Part shown: positions 29,580-38,124 of the stretch, piece by piece
Position numbering within the stretch: position 1 is the first letter of the stretch
Layout: the number at the start of each line of letters is the position of its first letter
Virus record (IMG/VR): IMGVR_UViG_3300046786_000304
Location: 169,465 to 233,464 of that record
Source: a virus
Lineage: Duplodnaviria; Caudoviricetes
Strand: one strand, 5' to 3'
DNA: 64,000 nt
Translations under genes and position numbers: made by a program
The notes under the pieces: model-generated
What the model saw: the letters and a program-made list of their open reading frames with translations, nothing else
Told to the model about the DNA's origin: nothing
Databases searched by the model: none

Positions 29580-29744
29580 ATGAAAAGTATATATCATGGC
29601 AAAGCAGGGGCGAATAGCAAACTGCGAGGTAAGAAAACACAGATCTTATCCTGCCGTTGTTGTATGCTGTTCAACCCTAAATGGGAAGAACGAATGAAAG
29701 AAGCCAAAATTGAAATAAGGAGAAAACAAAATGGCATAGATTGA
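29580..29744 (+). CDS. Small basic Cys-containing protein (54 aa)
   Basis: TAAATA at 29570; MKSIYHGK...SCRCC...; overlaps the next start by 14 nt. Confidence 0.6.
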   Translation: MKSIYHGKAGANSKLRGKKTQILSCRCCMLFNPKWEERMKEAKIEIRRKQNGID

Positions 29745-30285
29745 ATACAGTTGTAAGGACATAGTGTTTCACTTCAACAAGAAACATTTAGAAGATCAGA
29801 CCATTCCAATGTGGGTCTTAAAAACACATGGAGAAACATTTTACGTTAACCACGTAGACTGTACAATTCCTTGGAGCACTAAAGAGACTAGTGATAATCC
29901 TCATACCAAGGGTAGCATCAAAGTTAAAGATTGTTTGCTAACAATCAACGACGACAACGAAGCTACAATTTCAAAAATAACTATCTACGATAAGATCCGC
30001 CTGAGAAATCAAAAGCTGGGTATCACTCGAATCATTTGGAACACATTCGCTTTCACTAAGACCTTCAAAGAAGAAAAAGTCAAGCATGGACCTTTCAAAA
30101 CCATGTACGGTGGTTGTGGAACAAATTTTACTGTCTGCGATATTTTGGACAAGCATGATATGATGATGTTAAGTTTAAAGTACCCCGGACAATTTAGAGT
30201 GCTTGCGCCAAATGAGGAATACTACAAGGCATTTGATGACAAGGATCTTTGGAAAAAATTACAACAGGAGGCGGATGACTATTAA
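29731..30285 (+). CDS. Hypothetical protein (184 aa) with an in-frame TAG at codon 3
   Basis: TAAGGAG-8nt-ATG GCA TAG ATT GAA TAC AGT TGT AAG GAC ATA GTG..., in frame with ORF 29764..30285. Confidence 0.75.
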
Positions 30286-30405
30286 TTTTTCCTATTGCGT
30301 CAATAAAAATATATTTGTGAAAACCTTCTTGATTTCGCAGATAATAAGGATATATACTATACACTTAGTGAAAACACTAATGAAGATTTTAATTAAGGAG
30401 AAAAT

Positions 30406-30975
30406 ATGAAAACAGTTGGAGATAAATTAGAAGCGTTTGCTATCACAGGAGTGAAGCCAGGACAACCAGAAGATGCGTTTTATACCATCACAGAAAAATC
30501 TTTCGAAGGTAAGTGGAAAGTAATTGTTTACTATCCAAAAGACTTTACATTCGTTTGTCCTACAGAGATTGTAGCCTATGACAAACTAGCAGGTGACTTT
30601 GCTGACCGTGACGCAGTATTGCTAACAGGTAGCACAGACAATGAGTTTTGTAAAGTAGCATGGCAAAAGAGCCACGATGACTTGCGTAAGATTACACATC
30701 ACCAATTTGCTGATACACAGCGCAGTCATTACGACGAAACAACAGGCAGTTATCAAAATCTAAGCCTAGTTGAACAACTTGGTGTATTCTATGCGCCAGC
30801 AGGTGCCGCACTTCGCGCAACATTTATTGTTGATCCAGACAACGTTATCCAACACGTTACAGTCAACAACTTGAACGTTGGTCGTAGCCCAGAAGAAACT
30901 CTTCGCATCTTAGATGCTTTACAAACTGGCGAGTTGTGCGCTTGTAACCGTACTGTAGGCGGAGAAACACTATAA
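30406..30975 (+). CDS. ahpC: Peroxiredoxin AhpC
   Basis: YYPKDFTFVCPTE, LRATFIVDP, GELCAC. Confidence 0.95.
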   Translation: MKTVGDKLEAFAITGVKPGQPEDAFYTITEKSFEGKWKVIVYYPKDFTFVCPTEIVAYDKLAGDFADRDAVLLTGSTDNEFCKVAWQKSHDDLRKITHHQFADTQRSHYDETTGSYQNLSLVEQLGVFYAPAGAALRATFIVDPDNVIQHVTVNNLNVGRSPEETLRILDALQTGELCACNRTVGGETL

Positions 30976-31481
30976 TGGCATTCATTGACGCAGTTAAAGG
31001 TGCGTTGCCAGACTATGCAAAGGACACTAAGTTAAATCTCGATGCTGTTCTTTTGCGTAGTACATTAGATGCTGATGTTGCTATGGGTTGTGCTGTAGCG
31101 GCATTGGCCGCAACGGGCAATGGTAAAGTACTAGCAGTGATGTTAGCAGACAATCCTGTATTTGCTGAGAGCGCAATGACGGCCGCAAGCATCATGGCAC
31201 AAAACAATGTTTGGTATCCTTATGTCGAGATGGCAGATGACGCTAGTCTAAAAGGCTTGCCGGCACAATTACGTATGAACGCTATTGCTAGTCACGGCGG
31301 AACTACAAAGACAAACTTTGAAGCATTTAGTTTGGCCGCAAGTATTGTAGGCAAGTGTCATTTTTGTGTAAAAGCACATTATGAAACACTTAAACAAGAA
31401 GGCTATACTGTGGAACAACTTCGTGATATTGGACGCATTGCCAGTGTTATGAATTCCGTAGCCAAGGTGTTAAACTCATAA
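30975..31481 (+). CDS. ahpD: Alkylhydroperoxidase reductase AhpD
   Basis: SIVGKCHFCVKAH CxxC motif; coupled to ahpC. Confidence 0.92.
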   Translation: MAFIDAVKGALPDYAKDTKLNLDAVLLRSTLDADVAMGCAVAALAATGNGKVLAVMLADNPVFAESAMTAASIMAQNNVWYPYVEMADDASLKGLPAQLRMNAIASHGGTTKTNFEAFSLAASIVGKCHFCVKAHYETLKQEGYTVEQLRDIGRIASVMNSVAKVLNS

Positions 31482-31499
31482 TTTACCATTTTTCTTGTC

Positions 31500-31525
31500 A
31501 AACATGTGCGTGCACGCACATGTTT
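31500..31525. repeat. Perfect 26-bp palindrome
   Basis: AAACATGTGCGTGCACGCACATGTTT equals its own reverse complement. Confidence 0.9.
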
Positions 31526-31596
31526 TGTTTGGTTTATGTTGTATAATTGTAGATTATTAAACTAATTAGTTTATGAATCATTAATAAAGGAAAATT

Positions 31597-32496
31597 ATGA
31601 CAACAAAAATCACAATCAAAGATAAAGCGGTAAACACCACGTACCAAAACGTTACAGGTATTACAGGTGGATCAGGCGATGGCGCCGCATTTGACGTTAC
31701 AAAAACAAATGGAGTTTACTCTGTTGTTCTTGACAGTCTAGCCGCAAGTGCTGGACATGGTTACGTAGCCGGCGACACAATCACGCTAGCTGGTACAGCA
31801 TTAGGCGGTACAGTTGCTAATAACTTAATTGTTACAGTTGCTACAGTTGGCACTGCTGGTAAGATTGCTACATTTGGTGTAGTAGGTACAGGTCGAGTCG
31901 GTGATGGCACAGTCGACATCGTTGTAGATGTAACAGGCACAGCAGGTGTTGACACATACACCATGGGTGGTGCCAGCACAGAATACACCGTTACTAAAAC
32001 TACTGATAACGTAAAGTTAGTAAGCACATTAGTTAGTAACATGGAATTCAATCTTGCTGACCATGAGCGTGTCGTATTCACAGACAAAGCCATTGCTTAT
32101 GATGCCGCAGGCCGTGCTGGTGATGTTTACGCATTGTTAGCTGCCGCACTTGGTGTTAGTGATGTTACAACTGCATACGAAGGTATCGGTATCAGTCTTG
32201 CTGATGCAGGTTGGACTAATAAACAACTAGCACAGGCATTGTTGGCCACTGACACTTACAAAGCAGATGCGGGTGGTGTCAGTGACGAAACATTTATCAA
32301 GCACGTTTACAAAAACGTAATGGGCACAGACGCTACACTAGCAGATGTTACAGCATTGACAAATTGGATGAATGCTAATCACTACTCACAAGCTGATGTA
32401 TTGGTTACTGCCAGCGAACTAGCAAGTTTTGAAACTGCTATTGGTTTAGTTGGTTTGGCTACAACTGGTATTGAATACACACCAGTAACAGCTTAA
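31597..32496 (+). CDS. S-layer/surface-protein-like with a DUF4214-like C-terminal region
   Basis: T/G/A/V-rich; SDETFIKHVYKNVMG..AD...W...M...SQADVL pattern; TDKAIAYD segment. Confidence 0.7.
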   Translation: MTTKITIKDKAVNTTYQNVTGITGGSGDGAAFDVTKTNGVYSVVLDSLAASAGHGYVAGDTITLAGTALGGTVANNLIVTVATVGTAGKIATFGVVGTGRVGDGTVDIVVDVTGTAGVDTYTMGGASTEYTVTKTTDNVKLVSTLVSNMEFNLADHERVVFTDKAIAYDAAGRAGDVYALLAAALGVSDVTTAYEGIGISLADAGWTNKQLAQALLATDTYKADAGGVSDETFIKHVYKNVMGTDATLADVTALTNWMNANHYSQADVLVTASELASFETAIGLVGLATTGIEYTPVTA

Positions 32497-32516
32497 TAGC
32501 TACAATTAGTATTACA

Positions 32517-32541
32517 AACCCGCTTCGGCGGGTTTTCTTTT
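32517..32541 (+). terminator. Intrinsic terminator, identical to the tmRNA terminator
   Basis: AACCCGCTTCGGCGGGTTTTCTTTTGG occurs at both sites. Confidence 0.9.
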
Positions 32542-32636
32542 GGCTACATTGTATTAGGTAAAGATTAACAAAAGTGTTAAACTCAGGTTAACAATTATAA
32601 AGGTATAGTTGTTTTTAGTTATAAAGAAAGTTATAC

Positions 32637-33725
32637 ATGAAAAAAATTATCATGCTATTGTTATGTGCAATGATATCATTACAAGGAAAGGCAACAACAA
32701 TGGAAAATATTAAAATAGTAGTACCATATCCTCCTGGCAGCAGTGCTGACAGCGTATTTAGAATATTACAAGCATATGGATTAAAGCGTAACATTAATTT
32801 TGTACCAGAATTCAAACCAGGCGCTAATGGATTGATTGGGGCGGAATATGCTGCCATTCAACCAAAAGATGGTAAAACATTATTACTAACTGGAATTTCC
32901 GATCTCACTGCCAACGCACCAATTAAGAAAGTAGATTACACTGATTTCACTCCGGTGGCAGCCTTGGTTTCTACTCATTTTTATCTAGTAGCAAATAAAA
33001 AATTCCCCAAAAATAACTTAACAGAAGTAGTTGGCATGCTAAAACAAGACAGCCAGTCAGTGACTTTTGCAACCCAAAGTTTGAAACAACAAGTAACATT
33101 TAAAGAAACATTTTCTGAAAGAGGTATCAATAAAGAAGAAATTCGATTAGTGCCTTTTCCTCCAACGCAAGGTCTTACAGCAGTAATAGGCGGGCATGTG
33201 GACATAGGACTATTTCCTGGCTCAGTTGTTAAAAGCGCCATCGAATCCAATCAAGTTAAAGTACTAGCCACACTAGCACAAAATGATGATATCGACGGTG
33301 GTAAAAATTTAGAATCAATTCAAGGACCAGTAACTGGTGTGGACGGCATCGCTGTGTTTCTTCCTCGAGGAACGAATACACAAATGGTCGCATTCTGGTC
33401 CACGTTTATAGATGACTTTAAGAAAGACAGTGATGCTCAAGCTGCCTTTGTGAATAGATATTTTCAACTGTTCAAAGGTAAAGGATCAACTGAACTCGAT
33501 GCTGTAATTAAAAAACAATTAATGTCAAATGACAAATACAGTCTAACATTTAGGCAACAGCAAATAGCCAGCTTAATAATTAACCGCGGCCTAAACAATG
33601 AACAGATTGCTGATACTTTAAATTTAAGTCAAGCCACAGTTAAACTACATGCTGGATTAGTCTTTAAGAAAGCAGGAGTTAAAAATAGACTTCAACTGAT
33701 TGCTATCAACAATAATTTTGGTTAA
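32637..33725 (+). CDS. Bug/TctC-family solute-binding domain fused to a C-terminal LuxR-type HTH
   Basis: IKIVVPYPPGSSAD, KPGANGLIG, PKDGKTLLL, VIGGHVD; C-terminal LTFRQQQIA..GLNNEQIADTLNLSQATVKLH. Confidence 0.8.
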   Translation: MKKIIMLLLCAMISLQGKATTMENIKIVVPYPPGSSADSVFRILQAYGLKRNINFVPEFKPGANGLIGAEYAAIQPKDGKTLLLTGISDLTANAPIKKVDYTDFTPVAALVSTHFYLVANKKFPKNNLTEVVGMLKQDSQSVTFATQSLKQQVTFKETFSERGINKEEIRLVPFPPTQGLTAVIGGHVDIGLFPGSVVKSAIESNQVKVLATLAQNDDIDGGKNLESIQGPVTGVDGIAVFLPRGTNTQMVAFWSTFIDDFKKDSDAQAAFVNRYFQLFKGKGSTELDAVIKKQLMSNDKYSLTFRQQQIASLIINRGLNNEQIADTLNLSQATVKLHAGLVFKKAGVKNRLQLIAINNNFG

Positions 33726-33727
33726 CC

Positions 33728-33850
33728 ACCTATACGCTGGTATAGGTTTGTGAATACTGCCCTATTTTAAATATTTGTATAGGGCAGTTTTACACTGAAG
33801 TACTATTAGTACAGAGTACTAGTAATAGTAAGTACAGTTCACAGTAAGTA
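33728..33850. promoter_or_regulatory. Two inverted repeats plus an AGTA array between the LuxR genes
   Basis: ACCTATAC/GTATAGGT, ACTGCCCTAT/ATAGGGCAGT and 8 AGTA copies in 33799-33850. Confidence 0.55.
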
Positions 33851-33909
33851 TTAATATAGAAAGACTACGATGAGACGACTAGTAAAAATTACCCTGGAGA
33901 ACTATAACC

Positions 33910-34578
33910 ATGGATTTAACCCAACAACATAAAACACCATTACACATTTACTTTGGTGACTTACTCGACGGCAAAAATCAAGCAGACTGTAAAGCCAATG
34001 ATATAATAAACTCACTGAACTGTAGAGTTAAATGGTGTACAAGTTTTATTGAATTAAGTAATTCAGTTTATGAACAACCTAAGAACATTGTTGTTCATAT
34101 AAACACAGTTAGGCGCAATGGCGGTACTATATCAGAATTTATGCTTATGTTAGAAACTCTGATAAAATATGCTAACATTGATAGACCTAATATTGGCATT
34201 GTCATCGAAAAAGATACTGATTTGTCGACAATAAAAGAATTACAAAAACATAAAATATTAGGAATAGTTCCTGGTGTAGAATCTTTTAGCAATGATGATT
34301 GTATAACAGCTATTAATGCGTTATTAAATGATCAATCGCACTGGCCCAGGGATATTATCAGTAAACTTCCTGGTAACAAAAAGTCAAAAACAAAATCAAA
34401 TATTCATCTCACTGATAGACAAACACAGGTATATGACCTCATAGCGTCGAGAGGTTTATCAAACAAACAAATAGCAAGAACGCTAAACATTTCCGAAAGC
34501 ACAGTTAAGATTCATGTCAGCGCAATCATGAAGGCATTGTGTGTTCGTAATAGAACACAGCTGGCTTTGACAAAATAA
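33910..34578 (+). CDS. NarL/LuxR-family regulator with a degenerate receiver-like domain
   Basis: [44 protein letters not shown]. Confidence 0.85.
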   Translation: MDLTQQHKTPLHIYFGDLLDGKNQADCKANDIINSLNCRVKWCTSFIELSNSVYEQPKNIVVHINTVRRNGGTISEFMLMLETLIKYANIDRPNIGIVIEKDTDLSTIKELQKHKILGIVPGVESFSNDDCITAINALLNDQSHWPRDIISKLPGNKKSKTKSNIHLTDRQTQVYDLIASRGLSNKQIARTLNISESTVKIHVSAIMKALCVRNRTQLALTK

Positions 34579-34681
34579 TACTGGCGTACATATACTACTA
34601 AGAACTACCATAATTAATAAGATTTCACTGTAAGTAGATATGAGGACTTATAAGTCCCATATTTAAATAGGGAAAATTATT

Positions 34682-35446
34682 ATGGCAGATTTATCTACAG
34701 TAACAGGCGGTGGCGACATCCTAGGTGGTGGCGGCATGGGCGTAGGCGGCGGCCTAATCGGTGGTTTGATTTTAGGATCATTACTACGCAACAACGGTAA
34801 CCTTTTTGGTGCCGATGGAAATGGAGCGGCAGGCGCAATGTTACGCAGTCCTCCAGAACAAGTTCAAGCTAACATGTCTATCATGCAATCTATTGGCGCA
34901 GTCGACAAGGCAGTTGCAGTTGGTACGGCAGCAATGGAAGGCAGTCAAGCTAATCAATCAGCGGCTATTACATCGCAACTAAATGCGGCTACAGGCAGTT
35001 TGGCTACTCGTATCGACAGCACACGCGAAGCAGTTAACGCAAACGCAATGGTACTTGCACAACAATTGAATACTATCAACACTAACTTGATGTCTACAGC
35101 AAATGAGACACAACGTGCAGTATATGATGATGGTGACAAAACTCGCGCATTGATCACAGCACAATACGAAGCGGCTCTAAACCGTCAATTGTCTGATGCT
35201 AACGCAGCCGTAATCGCGTTACAGACTCGTTTTGAAAATGCTGAACGCAGTCGCGGTATTGAAGTTACTACAACTAATAACATCAACCAGATGCAATCAC
35301 AACAACAGCAACAACAACAGTATGGCAGTTTATACAATGCCATTTGGGGTTTAGCTCAATCAATCCGTTCTAACAACGAAGCAATCAATGTTGGATCCGG
35401 TACATTGACAGCTAGCCCAACAAATACTAATACTAACATTAGATAA
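34682..35446 (+). CDS. Gly-rich hydrophobic N-terminus plus long Ala/Gln/Asn coiled-coil protein
   Basis: GGGLIGGLILGSLL; poly-Q near the C-terminus; followed by a hairpin. Confidence 0.75.
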   Translation: MADLSTVTGGGDILGGGGMGVGGGLIGGLILGSLLRNNGNLFGADGNGAAGAMLRSPPEQVQANMSIMQSIGAVDKAVAVGTAAMEGSQANQSAAITSQLNAATGSLATRIDSTREAVNANAMVLAQQLNTINTNLMSTANETQRAVYDDGDKTRALITAQYEAALNRQLSDANAAVIALQTRFENAERSRGIEVTTTNNINQMQSQQQQQQQYGSLYNAIWGLAQSIRSNNEAINVGSGTLTASPTNTNTNIR

Positions 35447-35454
35447 TTGTTAAT

Positions 35455-35485
35455 AACACTCACCTCACGAGGGTGAGTGTTTTTT
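35455..35485 (+). terminator. Terminator/attenuator hairpin
   Basis: AACACTCACC-loop-GGTGAGTGTT plus T-tract. Confidence 0.75.
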
Positions 35486-35931
35486 ATGGAGAATTTATGT
35501 CACAAGATCAGAATCAATATCAAGGAATCGCTCCATTGAACTTTTATCCACCCTTCCCACCTTTTCCAATAGTACCGTTATATATTCCAGGTAGTAACAA
35601 TGATACTATTAACGTCGGAGGCGGTACTATAATTAATGGCGGCAATCCCAGTCCCGTCACTGTTACGGAAGTAACAACACCAGAATACACAGCAACAGCA
35701 GAGGATTATTTCCTTTGCGTTGATCACGCAGGACAGGTAGTAATTACCCTGCCTACTGGCATATTAGGCACAGTTTATATTGTCAAAGACTGTAGTGGTA
35801 ATGCATCGGTGGCTAATCCAATTATAGTTCAAGGCACAGCACAAAACGTAGACGGCGCAACTTCCACTATCAATACACCTTATGGTAGTTTATCGTTTAT
35901 ATTCAACGGCTCAGAATGGAGCATCGTGTAA
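35473..35931 (+). CDS. Fibre/spike-like beta protein, paralog 1 (likely start 35497)
   Basis: C-terminal module YTATAEDY..ITLPTG..VYIVKD..FNGSEWSIV. Confidence 0.7.
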   Translation: MSVFYGEFMSQDQNQYQGIAPLNFYPPFPPFPIVPLYIPGSNNDTINVGGGTIINGGNPSPVTVTEVTTPEYTATAEDYFLCVDHAGQVVITLPTGILGTVYIVKDCSGNASVANPIIVQGTAQNVDGATSTINTPYGSLSFIFNGSEWSIV

Positions 35932-35957
35932 GAGCACGATTAAAATAAAGGACTAAC

Positions 35958-36362
35958 ATGTCATATACAAATAATCCAACATCAATACTTGCCGGAGCAG
36001 GTATTACAGTTACACCGACAACAGGTACAGGTGCTAACATAGTTACAATCAGTTCGAATGGTGTAATAGTAAACGCAGTTAGAGTTGCTGTGGCAACACC
36101 AGTAACAGTTAGCGCAACTACAGATGATGTAATTAGCATACAGGTACCAGGGCCTGTACCTGTAACAGTTAACCTGCCAGCTGGTACTACAGGAAAAACA
36201 TTTACAATCAAAGATGGTTTAGGTTTGGCTAGCAATCCAAATCCAATTACTATTACGCCGGCAGGCGCCGATATTATTGACGGCGCCGCAAATGCTACTA
36301 TTACTGCTTCATACGGTTCATTGACATTAGTATTTGATGGCACTCAATGGATTTTAATCTAA
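35958..36362 (+). CDS. Fibre/spike-like beta protein, paralog 2
   Basis: VNLPAG..TFTIKD..IDG..FDGTQWILI. Confidence 0.7.
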   Translation: MSYTNNPTSILAGAGITVTPTTGTGANIVTISSNGVIVNAVRVAVATPVTVSATTDDVISIQVPGPVPVTVNLPAGTTGKTFTIKDGLGLASNPNPITITPAGADIIDGAANATITASYGSLTLVFDGTQWILI

Positions 36363-36371
36363 TAGTACAGT

Positions 36372-36842
36372 ATGGCATATAATAGACCACCACAAGTAAC
36401 GTTAGCTGGTATTGGACTTAAACAAAGTCCTGTGCCTTCGATTACACAACCTCCAGGCATCGTACCAGTTACATTAGATGCTGACATTGCTACTACAACT
36501 AATCTTGGAGTAATTCAAGTTGGCAGCGGTTTGTCTATTACACCGGCAGGAATTTTATCAGCAACAGGTAGTGGTAGCAGTTTGATTAATGTAAAACTTA
36601 CATCAAATGATTATACCGCTACTGCCACTGACTATTATATCGGCGCCACTAAGAAAGACATAGAAATAACTTTACCATTGGGGATAACTGGAAAAGTTTA
36701 TATTGTTAAAAATCAAATTAGCGGAAATATTAAAGTTAAAGCATCTGGAAGTCAAAAGATAGACACAGCGTCGGATAAAACATTAGGAACAGATGTCAGT
36801 ATCATAGTTTTATTCGACGGCACACGATGGAACATCGTATAA
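36372..36842 (+). CDS. Fibre/spike-like beta protein, paralog 3
   Basis: ATTTNLGVIQVG repeat; YTATATDY..ITLPLG..VYIVKN..FDGTRWNIV. Confidence 0.7.
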   Translation: MAYNRPPQVTLAGIGLKQSPVPSITQPPGIVPVTLDADIATTTNLGVIQVGSGLSITPAGILSATGSGSSLINVKLTSNDYTATATDYYIGATKKDIEITLPLGITGKVYIVKNQISGNIKVKASGSQKIDTASDKTLGTDVSIIVLFDGTRWNIV

Positions 36843-36853
36843 GGATTTAAAAG

Positions 36854-37405
36854 ATGGCATACGCAAGTAAAACAGTTTTATCAGAGTCTGACGTTGCCAC
36901 ACGAACAACACTAGGTGTTGTAAAAATTGGTCGAGGACTTGATATTACACCAGATGGTGTTATAAGCGCAGTCACAAAAATTATTGTCAGTGCCGGCTTA
37001 ACACGAGATGGTGATTTGATTCTAGTTTACAATGATGGCACTGAAATAAATGCCGGACATGTAGTAGGGCCAGCAGGCCCGGTAGGACCGCAGGGAGATT
37101 CAGGCGATGCGCCCGAAGTGTCTTTCGGTACCATTTTAGTATCGGAAGATTATGGATGCACGAACGATGATTGCTATATTGGTGTTAATAGTGATAGATC
37201 GATTACTATTACACTTCCCCTTTATCCTGGAGATGGTTTCCAAATCGCACTAAAGATTGAACAGCCTTCTATGGAAAAAGGACAAGAAATAACCATAACA
37301 ACAAATGATGATAGTACCATAGATGGTGCTTTAAGTTATACCATGACAGAGCCTTGGCAATCAGTACACCTGTTTAGCCGAGGCGGTCATTGGTTTATAG
37401 TATAA
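36854..37405 (+). CDS. Fibre/spike-like beta protein, paralog 4, with short collagen-like repeat
   Basis: ATRTTLGVVKIG; GPAGPVGPQGDSGD; ITLP..IDG..GGHWFIV. Confidence 0.7.
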   Translation: MAYASKTVLSESDVATRTTLGVVKIGRGLDITPDGVISAVTKIIVSAGLTRDGDLILVYNDGTEINAGHVVGPAGPVGPQGDSGDAPEVSFGTILVSEDYGCTNDDCYIGVNSDRSITITLPLYPGDGFQIALKIEQPSMEKGQEITITTNDDSTIDGALSYTMTEPWQSVHLFSRGGHWFIV

Positions 37406-38124
37406 GGAAAAATATTATGTATAAAAAAATTACACATAGCATAGTTGAAGAACACTATGACCATCCAATGGCTGCAAAAATTAAAGCAAGTTTAAGACCT
37501 AATTCAACTAAAAAAGCAAAACTTGAATTTGAAGAAGACGAAAGTCTTCTAGGAAACGATCATTTACTTGATCGTATTACCAATGAAATATTTAACAAGA
37601 CTGTGTTCAAAACAGATTTAGAAAATTATCTAAACACATATTCACAAAAATTAATTCAAATTACTGATACTATAACAGGTACTGAAGAGCAGTTAGTTAT
37701 AGCTTTTGAAGAATTATTCGATTTTATCGACGACATAAAAAACTTTTTCAATCCATTCTATAATAGAGAATTAGGAGAAAGAGTAACAACATCTTTTAGG
37801 TTGTTGGCATCAAATACCGCTATGTTATCACATGCTGTAAAAGCCGACTTTGACGTAACGCCCTGGGAAACTTCTTTAGTTGGTTCAACGTTGACGCTAG
37901 GAGGTCCGATGATTAATTATAATAATGCATGGACAAGTCCTGTGATTCAGATTCCGATGATGGGATTTGCAGATGCTGTTATAAGAAGAGCACACGCGGT
38001 AAAAATAAACAACACAGACGCCATAACGCAGGCCACCGATCAAATGCATTCGTCTATGACTACTTTTAAAAATATAATAGCAGATGGCATCATACAGCAG
38101 TTTCCCTCTAGATTTACCATCTAA
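37390..38124 (+). CDS. Hypothetical protein (likely start 37417)
   Basis: AAGGAA SD before MYKKITHSIVEEHY. Confidence 0.7.
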   Translation: MVYSIRKNIMYKKITHSIVEEHYDHPMAAKIKASLRPNSTKKAKLEFEEDESLLGNDHLLDRITNEIFNKTVFKTDLENYLNTYSQKLIQITDTITGTEEQLVIAFEELFDFIDDIKNFFNPFYNRELGERVTTSFRLLASNTAMLSHAVKADFDVTPWETSLVGSTLTLGGPMINYNNAWTSPVIQIPMMGFADAVIRRAHAVKINNTDAITQATDQMHSSMTTFKNIIADGIIQQFPSRFTI

